64,000 nt of DNA from Planctomycetota bacterium (GCA_038227875.1 JBBRPR010000018.1:32001-96000), one strand, 5' to 3'. Numbered from the stretch's first letter, positions 53,419 to 63,729 are shown. The notes: generated from the sequence alone by a model not told the origin. Program-made: numbers and translations.

Positions 53419-54306
53419 ATGAGTGACGAACAGCCCGAAGCGGAAACGCCTGCAGCCGAAGCCGCGCCAACGCCCAAGAAGAAGGGCTCGCGCAAGGGCA
53501 AAGGCAAGAAGGCCAAACCCGAGACGCCCGACCTTCTAACGCAGGCCGAGGAAGCGGCGTCTACCGAAGCTGCCGCTCCGGCGGCACCGCCAGAGGAGTC
53601 CGCTCCGCCTCCGGCCGAGGAAGTTCCCGCGAACGTTGAAGCCACGAGCGCTGAAGTCCCGTCGAATGAATCCACCGATTCAGCTGAAGGTGAAAAGTCC
53701 GTTGAGCCGGTGAACGAAGAAGAGGCTGCCGCGCTGGCGGCTCAGGCGGCGCCGCTGCCGGGTGAAGAAGTCGTCGAAGCGCCGGTCGACATGGAATCCC
53801 TCGCGCGCACCGTCGAGGCCTTGCTCTTTGCCGCCGAAGAGCCGATCGCGCCCCGCGAAATCGCGCGCGCTTCCGGGAGCGACAGCGCGACGATCCGCAA
53901 GGTTCTCAAGGAAATCCGCGAACGCTACGAACAGATGAAACAGCCGTGGGACATCGCCGAAGTCGCCAACGGGTTCCGCATGGTATCGCGGCCCGAATAC
54001 TACCCAGCCATTCAACGTCTGAAGACCCAGACGGCTCAACGCAAGCTGACGCAAGCGGCGCTGGAAACTCTGGCACTGATCGCGTACCGCCAGCCGATCG
54101 GCCGGTCGGAAGTGGAATCGGTCCGCGGCGTCGGCGCCGGTCCGGTGCTTCGCATGCTGCTCGAGAAAAAACTGATCAAAATTTCCGGCCGCGGCACCGG
54201 CGTGGGTCAGCCGCTGCTTTACGGCACCACCGATTATTTCCTCGAACACTTCGGCCTGAAGAGCACTCAGGATCTGCCCAAGCCGGGTGAGTTCAAGAAT
54301 ACGTAA
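53419..54306 (+). CDS. scpB: SMC-Scp complex subunit ScpB with long acidic N-terminal extension
   Basis: 'VEALLFAA', 'LTQAALETLALIAYRQPI.R.EVE.VRGV' and 'LYGTT..FL..FGL'. Confidence 0.93.
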   Translation: MSDEQPEAETPAAEAAPTPKKKGSRKGKGKKAKPETPDLLTQAEEAASTEAAAPAAPPEESAPPPAEEVPANVEATSAEVPSNESTDSAEGEKSVEPVNEEEAAALAAQAAPLPGEEVVEAPVDMESLARTVEALLFAAEEPIAPREIARASGSDSATIRKVLKEIRERYEQMKQPWDIAEVANGFRMVSRPEYYPAIQRLKTQTAQRKLTQAALETLALIAYRQPIGRSEVESVRGVGAGPVLRMLLEKKLIKISGRGTGVGQPLLYGTTDYFLEHFGLKSTQDLPKPGEFKNT

Positions 54307-54310
54307 TAGC

Positions 54311-54376
54311 CGGGATTCGGGATTGGGGAATTGGGATTCGTCGCGATTCCGCAATGGGCGAATCCCGATTGCTGAT
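54311..54376. repeat. Degenerate GGGATTC heptamer/palindromic element
   Basis: CGGGATTCGGGATT...GGGCGAATCCCGATT, sharing blocks with the 18695 and 21133 elements. Confidence 0.65.
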
Positions 54377-54377
54377 T

Positions 54378-55703
54378 TTACTTCGACCGGTTCAGGCTCC
54401 ACTTCAGCAGCGGCGGCGTGATCATGGTCGTCACGATCACCATGATCACGATGGCGGAGTAGACGGCTGGGTCGATCACCTTCTGGCCGTCGATGACCAG
54501 GCCGGCGCCGACGTTGGCGAAGATCAGACCGACTTCGCCGCGCGGGATCATGCCGAGGCCGATCGAGAGGCGGTCGATGGCCTTGCCGTCTTCGCCCTTC
54601 CCGATCGCGCCGAAGCCGCAGACTTGCTTGCCGAGAATCGCAGCGAGTGTCAACGCACCGGCGAGCACCAGTACGCCGGGTTCTGTAAACGAACGCAGGT
54701 CGGTGCGCAGGCCCATCACGACGAAGAAGATTGGCACCAGGAACGTTGAGATGGGATGGACGAGTGTTTCCAGCGTGTGTTCGCCGCGGCCGACAAAATC
54801 TTTGAAGTGAAAATCTTCGAGTATCAGGCCGGCGGCAAAAGCACCGACGATCGGCGCCAGGCCGATGTAGCTGGACAACCACGCAAGAATGAAACAGAAC
54901 GACAATCCCACCGCGAGCAGCACACCGCGCGATTGGAATTTTGAGGCCAGGCCGAAGAGCTTCGGCGCCAGCCAGACTCCGGCGATCAGCGCTCCAACCA
55001 GAAAACCGACTGCCTTGCCGACGATGAGCGCGATGCCCGCATAGGAAACGCCGCCGCCCTGCCCCGCTCCAACGGCCGTGATGATCCCACCGACCACGGC
55101 GAGAATGATCAGGCCCATGACGTCGTCGATCACGGCCGCGCCGAGGATAATCCGGGCTTCGTACGTCTGCGCGCGTTTCAGGTCCTTGAGCACGCGCGCG
55201 GTGATGCCCACGCTGGTGGCGCAGAGCGTCGCGCCGAGAAATGCGTGCGCGTACACGCTTTCATTTGGCAGCAACCAGGCTCCGGCGCCCCAGCCGAGCG
55301 CAAACGGTACGATGACGCCGATGGTCGCGACCAGGAAAGACGAGACGCCGACTTTCAACATCTGCGCGACGGTCGATTCGAGCCCGACTTCGAAGAGCAG
55401 GATTAGTACGCCCAAATGAGCCAGCATGTCGATGGACGCATCGTTTTTGATCGCGTCGAAAAACGTAAAGCCGCTCAACGACACGTTGCCCAACACCACG
55501 CCGGCGAGCAGTTCTCCCAGCACGGCCGGTTGGCCCAAGCGTTCGACGATCTCGCCGCCGATCTTCGCGGCGATGAGGATGATGGCCAGATACAAGACCA
55601 CCGTACCGGTTGTGTCCGTTGGCATTGAGGCGTCGGCAGCAGCGTGGAGGTGGGGCGAAAAAATACACAGCAGAAAAGCGGCGTACTTCAAGAATCGAAC
55701 CAT
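54378..55703 (-). CDS. Cation:proton antiporter (CPA2/NapA-like)
   Basis: 'GQPAVLGELLAG', 'ATSVGITARVL', 'AAVIDD' and 'GMIPRGEVG'. Confidence 0.92.
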   Translation of the reverse strand: MVRFLKYAAFLLCIFSPHLHAAADASMPTDTTGTVVLYLAIILIAAKIGGEIVERLGQPAVLGELLAGVVLGNVSLSGFTFFDAIKNDASIDMLAHLGVLILLFEVGLESTVAQMLKVGVSSFLVATIGVIVPFALGWGAGAWLLPNESVYAHAFLGATLCATSVGITARVLKDLKRAQTYEARIILGAAVIDDVMGLIILAVVGGIITAVGAGQGGGVSYAGIALIVGKAVGFLVGALIAGVWLAPKLFGLASKFQSRGVLLAVGLSFCFILAWLSSYIGLAPIVGAFAAGLILEDFHFKDFVGRGEHTLETLVHPISTFLVPIFFVVMGLRTDLRSFTEPGVLVLAGALTLAAILGKQVCGFGAIGKGEDGKAIDRLSIGLGMIPRGEVGLIFANVGAGLVIDGQKVIDPAVYSAIVIMVIVTTMITPPLLKWSLNRSK

Positions 55704-55808
55704 GGCCACTCCGTCAAAATCGCGGTTGCGATTTTTGAACGGATGGCGGCCCGACCATCCCAATACCTGCGGCGGAAAATCGCCGCACCCTTTGAATGAA
55801 CTAACCGT

Positions 55809-56864
55809 TCAAACTTTCTTGTCGTTCTGCGGTGCTTTCTTTGCGAGCAGATCGCCGAACAACGTATCCGCGCGGTGCTGCAGCGACGGATCGGTAAAGC
55901 GCTTGGAGTCCATTGCTTCCCCCTTCTGATGGAGGAAGTGTTCTTTCACGTAGTTACCAAGGGTCACGTTCGTGGGGCCGTAGCCCTTATGATACATGTA
56001 ATATTCCAGCGCGACGCCCATCTCACCAGCGGTCTGGTAGCGCTTGGTGAGATCGCGTTCCAGCGAGCGCATGAGAATGTCGCTGAGCATGTCGGGCAGA
56101 TCGGCGCGGTACTGCTTGGGGTGCGGGATCGGTGCTTCCTTGACATTCTCGAGCGTCTGGTAGATGTCTTCGGTTTCGAAAATGTGATGTCCGGTCAGCA
56201 ATTCGTACATGACGATGCCGAGCGCAAAGAGGTCCGAGCGACGGTCGGTGGCTTCGTACCGCGCCTGTTCCGGCGACATGTACTCAACCTTGCCCATCAG
56301 CACTTCGCCTTCTTCCTGCTCCATCACCATGCGGGCCTTGGCGATGCCGAAGTCGGTCAGCTTCACTACGCCTTCGTTGTTGATCATGACGTTTTTCGGG
56401 GAGACGTCACGGTGGACGATGTTGAGGTGATCGCCGTCGCGACCGCGTTTGTTGTGCGCGTATTCCAGACCGCGACAGACGCGGCTGATGATGAACGCAC
56501 CGAGCTCCACCGGCAGGATCAGGCCCGCGTTCAAATGGTAGTCGATGAACTGCTCGAGATTCAGGCCTTCGACGTACTCGAGGGCGATGTAGTAAATGTT
56601 CCCGGTACGGCCGAGATGGTAGACCTGTACGATGTTTTCGTGGACAAGGTCGGCCACCAGTTTCGCTTCGCCGATGAAGAGGCGCACGAATTCTGGATTG
56701 GTCGAAAAGCTCTCCAGAATGGTTTTAACGGCGACCGTTTTTTCGAAACCCTCAGCGCCAAATTGCTTGGCCTCATAGACAGCACCCATTCCGCCTTCAG
56801 CCAGACGGCGGACCATGGAGTACGTCTTGGTTTCGGTAATATTCGAGAATTCTGATTCGGCCAT
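55809..56864 (-). CDS. Cytoplasmic Ser/Thr protein kinase
   Basis: AEGGMG, VAVK, HRDVSPKN, DFG and YMSPEQ. No TM. Confidence 0.92.
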   Translation of the reverse strand: MAESEFSNITETKTYSMVRRLAEGGMGAVYEAKQFGAEGFEKTVAVKTILESFSTNPEFVRLFIGEAKLVADLVHENIVQVYHLGRTGNIYYIALEYVEGLNLEQFIDYHLNAGLILPVELGAFIISRVCRGLEYAHNKRGRDGDHLNIVHRDVSPKNVMINNEGVVKLTDFGIAKARMVMEQEEGEVLMGKVEYMSPEQARYEATDRRSDLFALGIVMYELLTGHHIFETEDIYQTLENVKEAPIPHPKQYRADLPDMLSDILMRSLERDLTKRYQTAGEMGVALEYYMYHKGYGPTNVTLGNYVKEHFLHQKGEAMDSKRFTDPSLQHRADTLFGDLLAKKAPQNDKKV

Positions 56865-57001
56865 GGAGGCCCCGTGTAAGAGTATTCGCACGCTTTGCTT
56901 ACGTGAGCTCACCGACCCCAAATCGGCGGGCGAACACTGAGTGGAATGCGCACGTGAAACAGAATTTGCTCGATGTGATGCGATAAGTCAAGAACTAAAG
57001 A

Positions 57002-57028
57002 GCGCGGTGTGCGATTTGCACACCGCGC
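57002..57028 (-). terminator. Probable terminator of the PKD genes
   Basis: GCGCGGTGTGC-N5-GCACACCGCGC, followed on the minus strand by TCTTT. Confidence 0.6.
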
Positions 57029-57035
57029 ATTGCCA

Positions 57036-58835
57036 TTAGTTGGAATTGCCACCGGGGATTGCGTGACCGTTCTTACCCGTGCCCTTCACGCCAGACTGTG
57101 CCTTGTACTGATAGCGCACGAAAGTCACGATCGGCGCATTGGCACCCACTGTCACGGTCAACTTTGCGTCCACGCTGCCGTTGTCGATGGTCTGATTGAT
57201 GAGTCCCAGGGCCGTCTTCAGGCTTGAAGCTTTCAGGCCAAGCTTGATGATGCGCTTGCGCGGATCGAAGCTGAAGGAAATTTGCGAGCTGCGGAAGCGG
57301 CCTTTGCTGTCGGTGGTGAAGGTCGGCAGCGCCACTGACGTGCCGGTCTTCGTACCGATGGCGATTGTGATCGGCACGCTGTTGAAGGTATCCACGGCCG
57401 TATCGGACGTCAGCTGCACCGTGGCCGAGAGCTTGTCTGCGTTCTGCTTGGCAAAGCTCACGGTGAACTGGCTGGCCGCAGCGGTCAAGGAGCCTGAAAC
57501 CTGCACGAAGAAGAAGTCCTGAGCCAATTGCGGATCGAAGCGGTGATTGGGATCAGGTTCCGTACCGTATCCGGTGAACTGCTGATAGAACGCCTTGATT
57601 GACGTCAGCGCGCCAAATGGGTCGTTGGAGTTCGGCACTGCCGGCAACGGGTAAGGCAACGGTGTCGAAAGATTCGCCGGGGGCGGATTGGGATTCGGTA
57701 CGGGCGTGGTGGGATTGGTGATCAATCGACCGTTGTCGATGACCGTCAACGTAACCTTGTAGGTTCCCGGCGCGCTGTAGAGATGGCTGGTTGGAATACC
57801 TGGCAGATTGAAGCCGTTCGGCGGCGGCACAATTGGATTGGGCAGCAGCGGCACAAACAGAGGCTGAACCACATTGGCAGCCGGAGCAGGAGCAGCGGGC
57901 TGGCGGACCAGCTCGGAGATGCCGTCACCCCAGTCGATCGCGGCCCACAGAATGTAACCGTCCGGATCGAAACTGTTGCTGGCGGTGATCGTCAACGGAA
58001 CGCCGTTGGCCGTGGGCGACGAGCCAATATTCTGGATGCTGGGCTTGGGGGGCTGATTGGCATTCGAAATCTGCACCGATCCCGTCGAAAACGCGGAATT
58101 ACCTGGCGTGACCACGCTGATGGTGAACGGGCCAGTGCTGGTGATCGTGACGGGATTGCTGAGCGTAATCGTGCTTGCGGTGAAGGAGAGCACCGTGGTG
58201 TTTGCGGGAACGCCGACGCCATTCACGGTCGCGCTTGCGGAAACGCCCGTGGTGCTGACGATGCCGGTGAGAACCGCAGAGCCAGACGTCGCCGTGGCGT
58301 TAACCACGACGTTCGTCTGAACAAAAATCTGGATCGTCAACTTTGGACCTGTATTCTTTGCTCCCGTTGTGTTGGGAATACCCGCGTTCGAGGGTGCAAA
58401 AATGCCTTCGGTTGTGTAGATGTGGGAAATCGGCCTCAGCAGCAGCGCCAGGTTTGCAGGCGTGGCTGGCAGTGGCACCGGGCTGGGCTGAAAGAGTGAC
58501 GGCGACGGATCGCCGAAATCCCATGTCACCAGATAGAGATACGTCTGATTGGGATTGGGCGACTCGGGCAGATAGGACCACGACGGGTCAAAGGTAACCG
58601 AAGTGCCCAGTGGCGTGGACGGAACTACGTTTGTTGGAATGGGCGCCTGCAGCGATGTGGGCGAACTGCCGCCACCCAAATTCTGAGTGAAGGCGGGAAC
58701 AAGATCGGGCCCCTGTCCTCCCACCAAGGCATGGGCGGAGCGGGATTGGACCGCAAAGGCGCAAACCAGCAGCAGCGCCAAGGTGCTCCCTATAAAAGAA
58801 AAAGACCCACGGGCTACCGTCGGTTGATCGTGCAT
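57036..58835 (-). CDS. Secreted PKD-domain surface protein
   Basis: Signal peptide; WDFGD...HIY and 'SFDPDG...IDWGDG...HLYSAPGTYKVTLTVIDN'. Pro/Thr-rich inserts. Confidence 0.8.
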   Translation of the reverse strand: MHDQPTVARGSFSFIGSTLALLLVCAFAVQSRSAHALVGGQGPDLVPAFTQNLGGGSSPTSLQAPIPTNVVPSTPLGTSVTFDPSWSYLPESPNPNQTYLYLVTWDFGDPSPSLFQPSPVPLPATPANLALLLRPISHIYTTEGIFAPSNAGIPNTTGAKNTGPKLTIQIFVQTNVVVNATATSGSAVLTGIVSTTGVSASATVNGVGVPANTTVLSFTASTITLSNPVTITSTGPFTISVVTPGNSAFSTGSVQISNANQPPKPSIQNIGSSPTANGVPLTITASNSFDPDGYILWAAIDWGDGISELVRQPAAPAPAANVVQPLFVPLLPNPIVPPPNGFNLPGIPTSHLYSAPGTYKVTLTVIDNGRLITNPTTPVPNPNPPPANLSTPLPYPLPAVPNSNDPFGALTSIKAFYQQFTGYGTEPDPNHRFDPQLAQDFFFVQVSGSLTAAASQFTVSFAKQNADKLSATVQLTSDTAVDTFNSVPITIAIGTKTGTSVALPTFTTDSKGRFRSSQISFSFDPRKRIIKLGLKASSLKTALGLINQTIDNGSVDAKLTVTVGANAPIVTFVRYQYKAQSGVKGTGKNGHAIPGGNSN

Positions 58836-58858
58836 TCATCCACTCCCTATTAAACGTC

Positions 58859-58889
58859 GTCCGGCTCCGGCGATGCGCCGGAGCCGGAC
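58859..58889. other. Strong intergenic hairpin between the two PKD genes
   Basis: GTCCGGCTCCGGCG-ATG-CGCCGGAGCCGGAC (14-bp stem) with no U tract. Confidence 0.7.
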
Positions 58890-58900
58890 AGCGATTACAA

Positions 58901-61900
58901 TTACTGCCCTGCACTCTTAATGAAAACGTCACCACCGTTTTTACCGGTCGACTTCGTCACGGTGAAGCGTGTTGTTGCGGTGATCGTACTGCCACTGTCT
59001 GGCGTAATCGTGAAGCCGAGAACGAGCGTTTGCGACAGCAACGTCGGATCCAGTCCCACCACGCCGTTATCCAGCGCGAAAGACTTGAACGAGAAGCCAC
59101 CGGCACCATTGGTCCACGTCAACGATTCCACGCCCGTCGTGCCCAGACCCTTCGAGCGCTTGAACGTGAAGACATTACCCTTGACCTTGAACGTCGGCGT
59201 GTTGGTAAAGTTCAACGCTTCCGAGAAGCCCACTCCAGCGGGATTGGACTGTGACGCCAGCGAGATAACCACATCCGATGTCGGGCTCGGGCGGAAGTCA
59301 TCGCCACCCGGCCGAATCAGCAAACCGGCAACATTGACGAAGAGGTCCTTGCCCTGCAGCGTGAGCACGGCATTGGTGAGAATGAATCCACCGGTGATGA
59401 ACTCTTCCTTGGCCACTGGCGCTCCGACCTTGGGGGGCAGCAGTGCATTCTTGTTACCGTTCTTGTCCGTGGCATGACCGCGGACCTTGCCGATGAATTC
59501 AAAGGCATGACCGAGTGTGTAGAGTCCTGCACCCTTTCCGCCCACGAAGCCGGCCGGAACCGTCAACGTTCCGGAAGAGGTGCTCGTGCCGATGCCCGTG
59601 GACGTGTTCGTTGAGGTCGGGGCGCGATTGGGCAGTGTGGAGTTCAGGAAACGCGACGTGTAGGCATGCGTGACAACCACCGGCGGAGACGAGACGAGAT
59701 CCTGAATCTCCACATGGTAGGCCGTGGCAATGCGGCGAGCCGTGGCCTGGGACTGATTCTTGGCGTTCAGATTCGAGCTCTGATTGGCGCCATTCAAGCC
59801 CGGCAGCCCCAGCGAGCCGGACAGATTCTTCTTCACATTCATGGAGAACGTGCCTGCCGGCAGGTTCAGTTTGAAGTTACCCACATTGCCCGTTGCGGCG
59901 TCGCCCTGTGTGGCAGCTCCGCTTTCATCCAGCGTACCCACGAAGACCGGATCAACGCCGTTGACCACCACGCGGACAGGGTGACCGGCAACATCGGAAA
60001 GCGTCACGCCCGGCATGTTCAGCAAACCACTGCAGTTCAACGTATCATTGTCTGGATTGCGCGGCGTAGTCGTGTCATTGGGAGCATTCAGCGGCAGCTT
60101 GCCGGTCCAATCGATATTGAAGGCCGACTTCGTCACGATCATCACGTCTTGGACAGACTGGTTCGGATCTGTGACAAAGGTGAAGACTGTGCCCACGCCT
60201 GAAGTGCCAAGCCCGGAGCCCACGTCCAACGCGGTGTAGGTGACCGTGGTTTTATACAGCCCCGCCAGGTCGAAGCGATAGTGAGCAATGCTGGAGTTGA
60301 AACCCGAGCCTGTGATCGGCCCCGGCTGTCCCGCCAGCGTCGCCACCGTCGTGAACTGACCGGGCTCGTTGTTGTAACCCAGCTGATCAATCTGCCACGT
60401 CGAACCCGTGAGTGACAAATTCGGGTCAACCGGCGTGCGTGCTTCGAAATCCACTTCCAGGGGCGCCGGTCCGCCTTGCGGCGTAGCGGAGACCACGACA
60501 GTCGGAACTTCGCAGACCTGAACCGTCAGCGTACCACCATAAGGTGTGACGTTTCCAAACTGGTCCTGAATCTGCAGCTGCACACTAAAGACACCTTCCG
60601 ATGAGAACGTATGGCAGGTGTTTGCCGTAAACGCTTCACCACCCTGGCCGCCCGGGACGCCGGTGGGCTGAGGATTGTCGTCGAACGTCCAGTGGAATCC
60701 GAATCCGGGTGGAACAGGACTCTGATTATTCACCTTTAAGCAGTCTGGAATACGCGTATCGATCTGAGCCTGGAAGCAGACGGTCAACGGAGCGCATCCA
60801 CTGAGCGCGCTATTCAGAACGCGGATCTTCGAAATCGGCGAGAGCTGGAACGTCAACGACGTACCCGGCTGAATCGTCGTGTTCGAGCCGCTGGAATTGG
60901 TCGGATTGTTGGGATTCAACTGCGGATTGTTATTCACCTGATTGGGATCGACGTTGAAGTTCGTATTCTGATTGTTGCCCGACTGCGTCTGTCCATTGAT
61001 CGACGAGTTGTAGCAATACTGGATACCCACGGAGCCGGAGGGATCCTGGATGCCAACGCTGGCCAAGCCCAAATCCGTGTCGCCCTGCTGACCAATGATG
61101 AAGGTGATCTGGCTATCGCACTCATGAAGGATCAGATTGAAGCTGATCACCTGGTTGGCATCGGACGAGCGGGTATAGCTCATGCGGTGCCATTCGATGT
61201 TCAGATTGCGGCTCGGAGCCACGCCGTCCACATAGTAGTAGATGCCTGATGCGTCGCTGTTTCCGGTGGATCCCTGTCCGGCATTCGTCACCGTGCCGCT
61301 CAGGTCGTGGAACTTCAGGTCGGCCCAGTAAGGGGCAAAGTACACGTCCGGGTCCGGCGGAGCAGGAATCGCTTTGTTCGGAACATCGAAACAGGGCGAA
61401 TCGTTCGGGTCGAGCGGATCGTACTTTGGGAACGGCGGATCGAAACCAGCCCAACCGTCCAAATGCACAAAGAGGAAGGAACCGGCGGGATAGGTCGTGC
61501 CGTAGTAGGTAAAGTTGAAGGGCATCGCAATGTGGCCGTAGGACTGATTCTGCTTCGTCGGATCGGTACCGCAGTTGTCTTCAATCGGCATGCGCGTGCC
61601 ACCGGAGTGAGCCGGAACCAGCGGCGCCGTGCCCAACGCGCCGATGTAGATCGGCGGACTGCCGTCGGCCAAACCAAACGCACCCAGATTCGGATCGATC
61701 GTCACGGGGTATGCGCGCTTGTTGCTCGTCAGCCACTTGCCGGAGGTCGCAATTCCCAGCTTCACGCCATCCTTGGTGAAGTCGACGATGTACTGACAGG
61801 AGGACTGACGATCGCTCATCTCGGCACCGGCCTGCTTGCGCTTGTCAAAGCGACCGTCCAGCGTGGTTACCGAAGAGTCATACGCAAAAGGCTGGCGCAG

Positions 61901-62617
61901 GACGAAGACCGTGTTGTTGAATTTGTTCTTCAGTTCAATGCGGTGAGTGGTGACGTAGTGATTGGTGATCTGCTTGCCATTGTCCCACAGCGTCAGGTCG
62001 CCGATCTGCAACAGGCCTGTGTAAACCAGCGTGTCGGCGCTCTCGAGATGCAGCGGAGCCTGCTGAAGGACGATGTCGTGTTCGATGCCGCCGTCCTGGC
62101 GAATGTAGAAGCGTTCGTCGGTTCCGGCATACGTGTTGGTGAAAGCAAAGCGATTGTCGTGGCCTTCCTTGTCCAGCTTGCCGACGCAGTCGTTGGCGCC
62201 GTAGGCGTGGAGCACCGCGTCGCCGCGGCGAATTTCCTGGCTCTGCGGCAGCCACTGGACGCTGGCGTTGAACTGCAGCGGGTACGTGGACTTCATGCCT
62301 TCCGCATAGCGGGTCGCCACGCGATGGACCAGCGTGTCGTTCTTGTTCTCGACGCCGCCGTCGGCAAGTTTCAAAGTTGTCTTCTCGCCGAGTTGCTCGA
62401 CGAGCTTATCAAAGGCATCCGACCGTGACTTCTGGTCGGAGCTGCTGGACGCAGGCGAAGACACAGCCATCGCGCTCGCGTCAGTACCTGACGTGGCCCG
62501 CGAGGTTGAGGAAAAGGACTTCGTTCCATCTGCGTTGGCTGTTTTGAAGACAACACGCCCCAAACCGAGGGCTGCGCAAAACGCGATGAGTGAAGCCAAG
62601 ATGACCTTACGATCCAT
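58901..62617 (-). CDS. Large secreted multi-domain surface protein (N-terminal 'YPVTIDP' domain, NIDO-like domain, two PKD-like domains)
   Basis: Signal or anchor; 'AYPVTIDP', 'PFNFTYYGTTY...APYWADL', 'HTFSSEGVFSVQL' and 'GPAPLEVDF'. GGAGG RBS before ATG 62617. Confidence 0.75.
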   Translation of the reverse strand: MDRKVILASLIAFCAALGLGRVVFKTANADGTKSFSSTSRATSGTDASAMAVSSPASSSSDQKSRSDAFDKLVEQLGEKTTLKLADGGVENKNDTLVHRVATRYAEGMKSTYPLQFNASVQWLPQSQEIRRGDAVLHAYGANDCVGKLDKEGHDNRFAFTNTYAGTDERFYIRQDGGIEHDIVLQQAPLHLESADTLVYTGLLQIGDLTLWDNGKQITNHYVTTHRIELKNKFNNTVFVLRQPFAYDSSVTTLDGRFDKRKQAGAEMSDRQSSCQYIVDFTKDGVKLGIATSGKWLTSNKRAYPVTIDPNLGAFGLADGSPPIYIGALGTAPLVPAHSGGTRMPIEDNCGTDPTKQNQSYGHIAMPFNFTYYGTTYPAGSFLFVHLDGWAGFDPPFPKYDPLDPNDSPCFDVPNKAIPAPPDPDVYFAPYWADLKFHDLSGTVTNAGQGSTGNSDASGIYYYVDGVAPSRNLNIEWHRMSYTRSSDANQVISFNLILHECDSQITFIIGQQGDTDLGLASVGIQDPSGSVGIQYCYNSSINGQTQSGNNQNTNFNVDPNQVNNNPQLNPNNPTNSSGSNTTIQPGTSLTFQLSPISKIRVLNSALSGCAPLTVCFQAQIDTRIPDCLKVNNQSPVPPGFGFHWTFDDNPQPTGVPGGQGGEAFTANTCHTFSSEGVFSVQLQIQDQFGNVTPYGGTLTVQVCEVPTVVVSATPQGGPAPLEVDFEARTPVDPNLSLTGSTWQIDQLGYNNEPGQFTTVATLAGQPGPITGSGFNSSIAHYRFDLAGLYKTTVTYTALDVGSGLGTSGVGTVFTFVTDPNQSVQDVMIVTKSAFNIDWTGKLPLNAPNDTTTPRNPDNDTLNCSGLLNMPGVTLSDVAGHPVRVVVNGVDPVFVGTLDESGAATQGDAATGNVGNFKLNLPAGTFSMNVKKNLSGSLGLPGLNGANQSSNLNAKNQSQATARRIATAYHVEIQDLVSSPPVVVTHAYTSRFLNSTLPNRAPTSTNTSTGIGTSTSSGTLTVPAGFVGGKGAGLYTLGHAFEFIGKVRGHATDKNGNKNALLPPKVGAPVAKEEFITGGFILTNAVLTLQGKDLFVNVAGLLIRPGGDDFRPSPTSDVVISLASQSNPAGVGFSEALNFTNTPTFKVKGNVFTFKRSKGLGTTGVESLTWTNGAGGFSFKSFALDNGVVGLDPTLLSQTLVLGFTITPDSGSTITATTRFTVTKSTGKNGGDVFIKSAGQ

Positions 62618-62900
62618 TGAGTATTTCCTCCGCCAGACCCCGTCTCCTGCGAAACGTGCAGGCAACTTGCACACACGACGCGGACCGGCCCTAAAAACTG
62701 CGTCGAAATCAACAAATCTTTGTAATGTATGTACCCTAATTATGTCTAAATCTGCTTTCCCTTCAACAGCAAAAAAGCACAAGGGAAACTAATTCGCAGA
62801 CCCACTTAGCAAGTGCCACCTAATGTGCCTAACGGTTACTGAAAAAACAGCAGGCGTGGTGACTATTCCAGCAGTATCATTCATGCACCATGTGTAGTCT

Positions 62901-62939
62901 AAAAACAACATCGGCATGAACGTCTGTTCATGCCGATGT
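62901..62939 (-). terminator. Intrinsic terminator after the PhyH gene
   Basis: ACATCGGCATGAAC-N4-GTTCATGCCGATGT followed by TGTTTTT on the minus strand. Confidence 0.8.
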
Positions 62940-62961
62940 AACTCATGATTTATAAACATGT

Positions 62962-63729
62962 TCAGTCACGCCGTAAGACTTCGCGGCAGTGCGTTTCGTC
63001 GTCGCCGGTGACCGTGTACGCCACCGTGTTCGCACGCCGATCCTGATTTGATCGGTTGCCATCCGAGCCGTGAATCACCAACGAGCCGAAAAATATGCAG
63101 TCTCCGGGCGCCATTGAAACTGGCACTGCTCCCTCGCGCGGTGCAAAATATCCTGGCAAAAATACGCCAAACGAGACGCCGTCTTTCCGATCGTGGGTCT
63201 GCAAGCCGCCTTTATGCGTTCCTGGTACGAATTGAATGCAACCGTTTTCCAGCGTCGCGGGGTCGATCGCCAACATGCAGTTCAGCTGCACAGGACGGTT
63301 CGTGCCACGCTTCCAGTAGGCATAATCCTGATGCCACGGAGTGACCGTGCCGTCTTTGGCGGCTTTCATCAGCAGCTTGCTATGAAAAAGCGAGATTTTG
63401 GGCCCGATCAACGCGGCCACAATGTCCAAAACTTCCTTCGAGCGAAGCACTGTGTTCAGACCCGGGCTGACTTTTTCTGAATGCATCAACTGCTTGATCA
63501 ACTTCGGCTGACCTTCGACCTGTTTCTCCCAGGAAACGTGTACGCCTTCGGGCGTGTGCTGAGCCATACGTTCATGCAGGGAATCGATTTCAGTCGCGAT
63601 CTGCTTCACCATCTCCGGCGAAATCAGGCCGCGTTTCAAAATAAATCCGTCGCGTTCGAACTGTTTGATTTCTTCTTCGCTCAACACCGACGTGCACGTT
63701 ACGGCGGGAAGGGTTGAAACACTGGTCAC
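62962..63729 (-). CDS. PhyH-family Fe(II)/2-oxoglutarate dioxygenase
   Basis: FERDGF, WHQD, 'ENGCIQFVPGTH' and 'HGS..N.S...RR'. GGAGG RBS. Confidence 0.9.
   Translation of the reverse strand: MTSVSTLPAVTCTSVLSEEEIKQFERDGFILKRGLISPEMVKQIATEIDSLHERMAQHTPEGVHVSWEKQVEGQPKLIKQLMHSEKVSPGLNTVLRSKEVLDIVAALIGPKISLFHSKLLMKAAKDGTVTPWHQDYAYWKRGTNRPVQLNCMLAIDPATLENGCIQFVPGTHKGGLQTHDRKDGVSFGVFLPGYFAPREGAVPVSMAPGDCIFFGSLVIHGSDGNRSNQDRRANTVAYTVTGDDETHCREVLRRD

Noticed and set aside
62806..62833. TTAGCA...CTAA as a CIRCE element
   Set aside because: It does not fit TTAGCACTC-N9-GAGTGCTAA and is not upstream of a chaperone.
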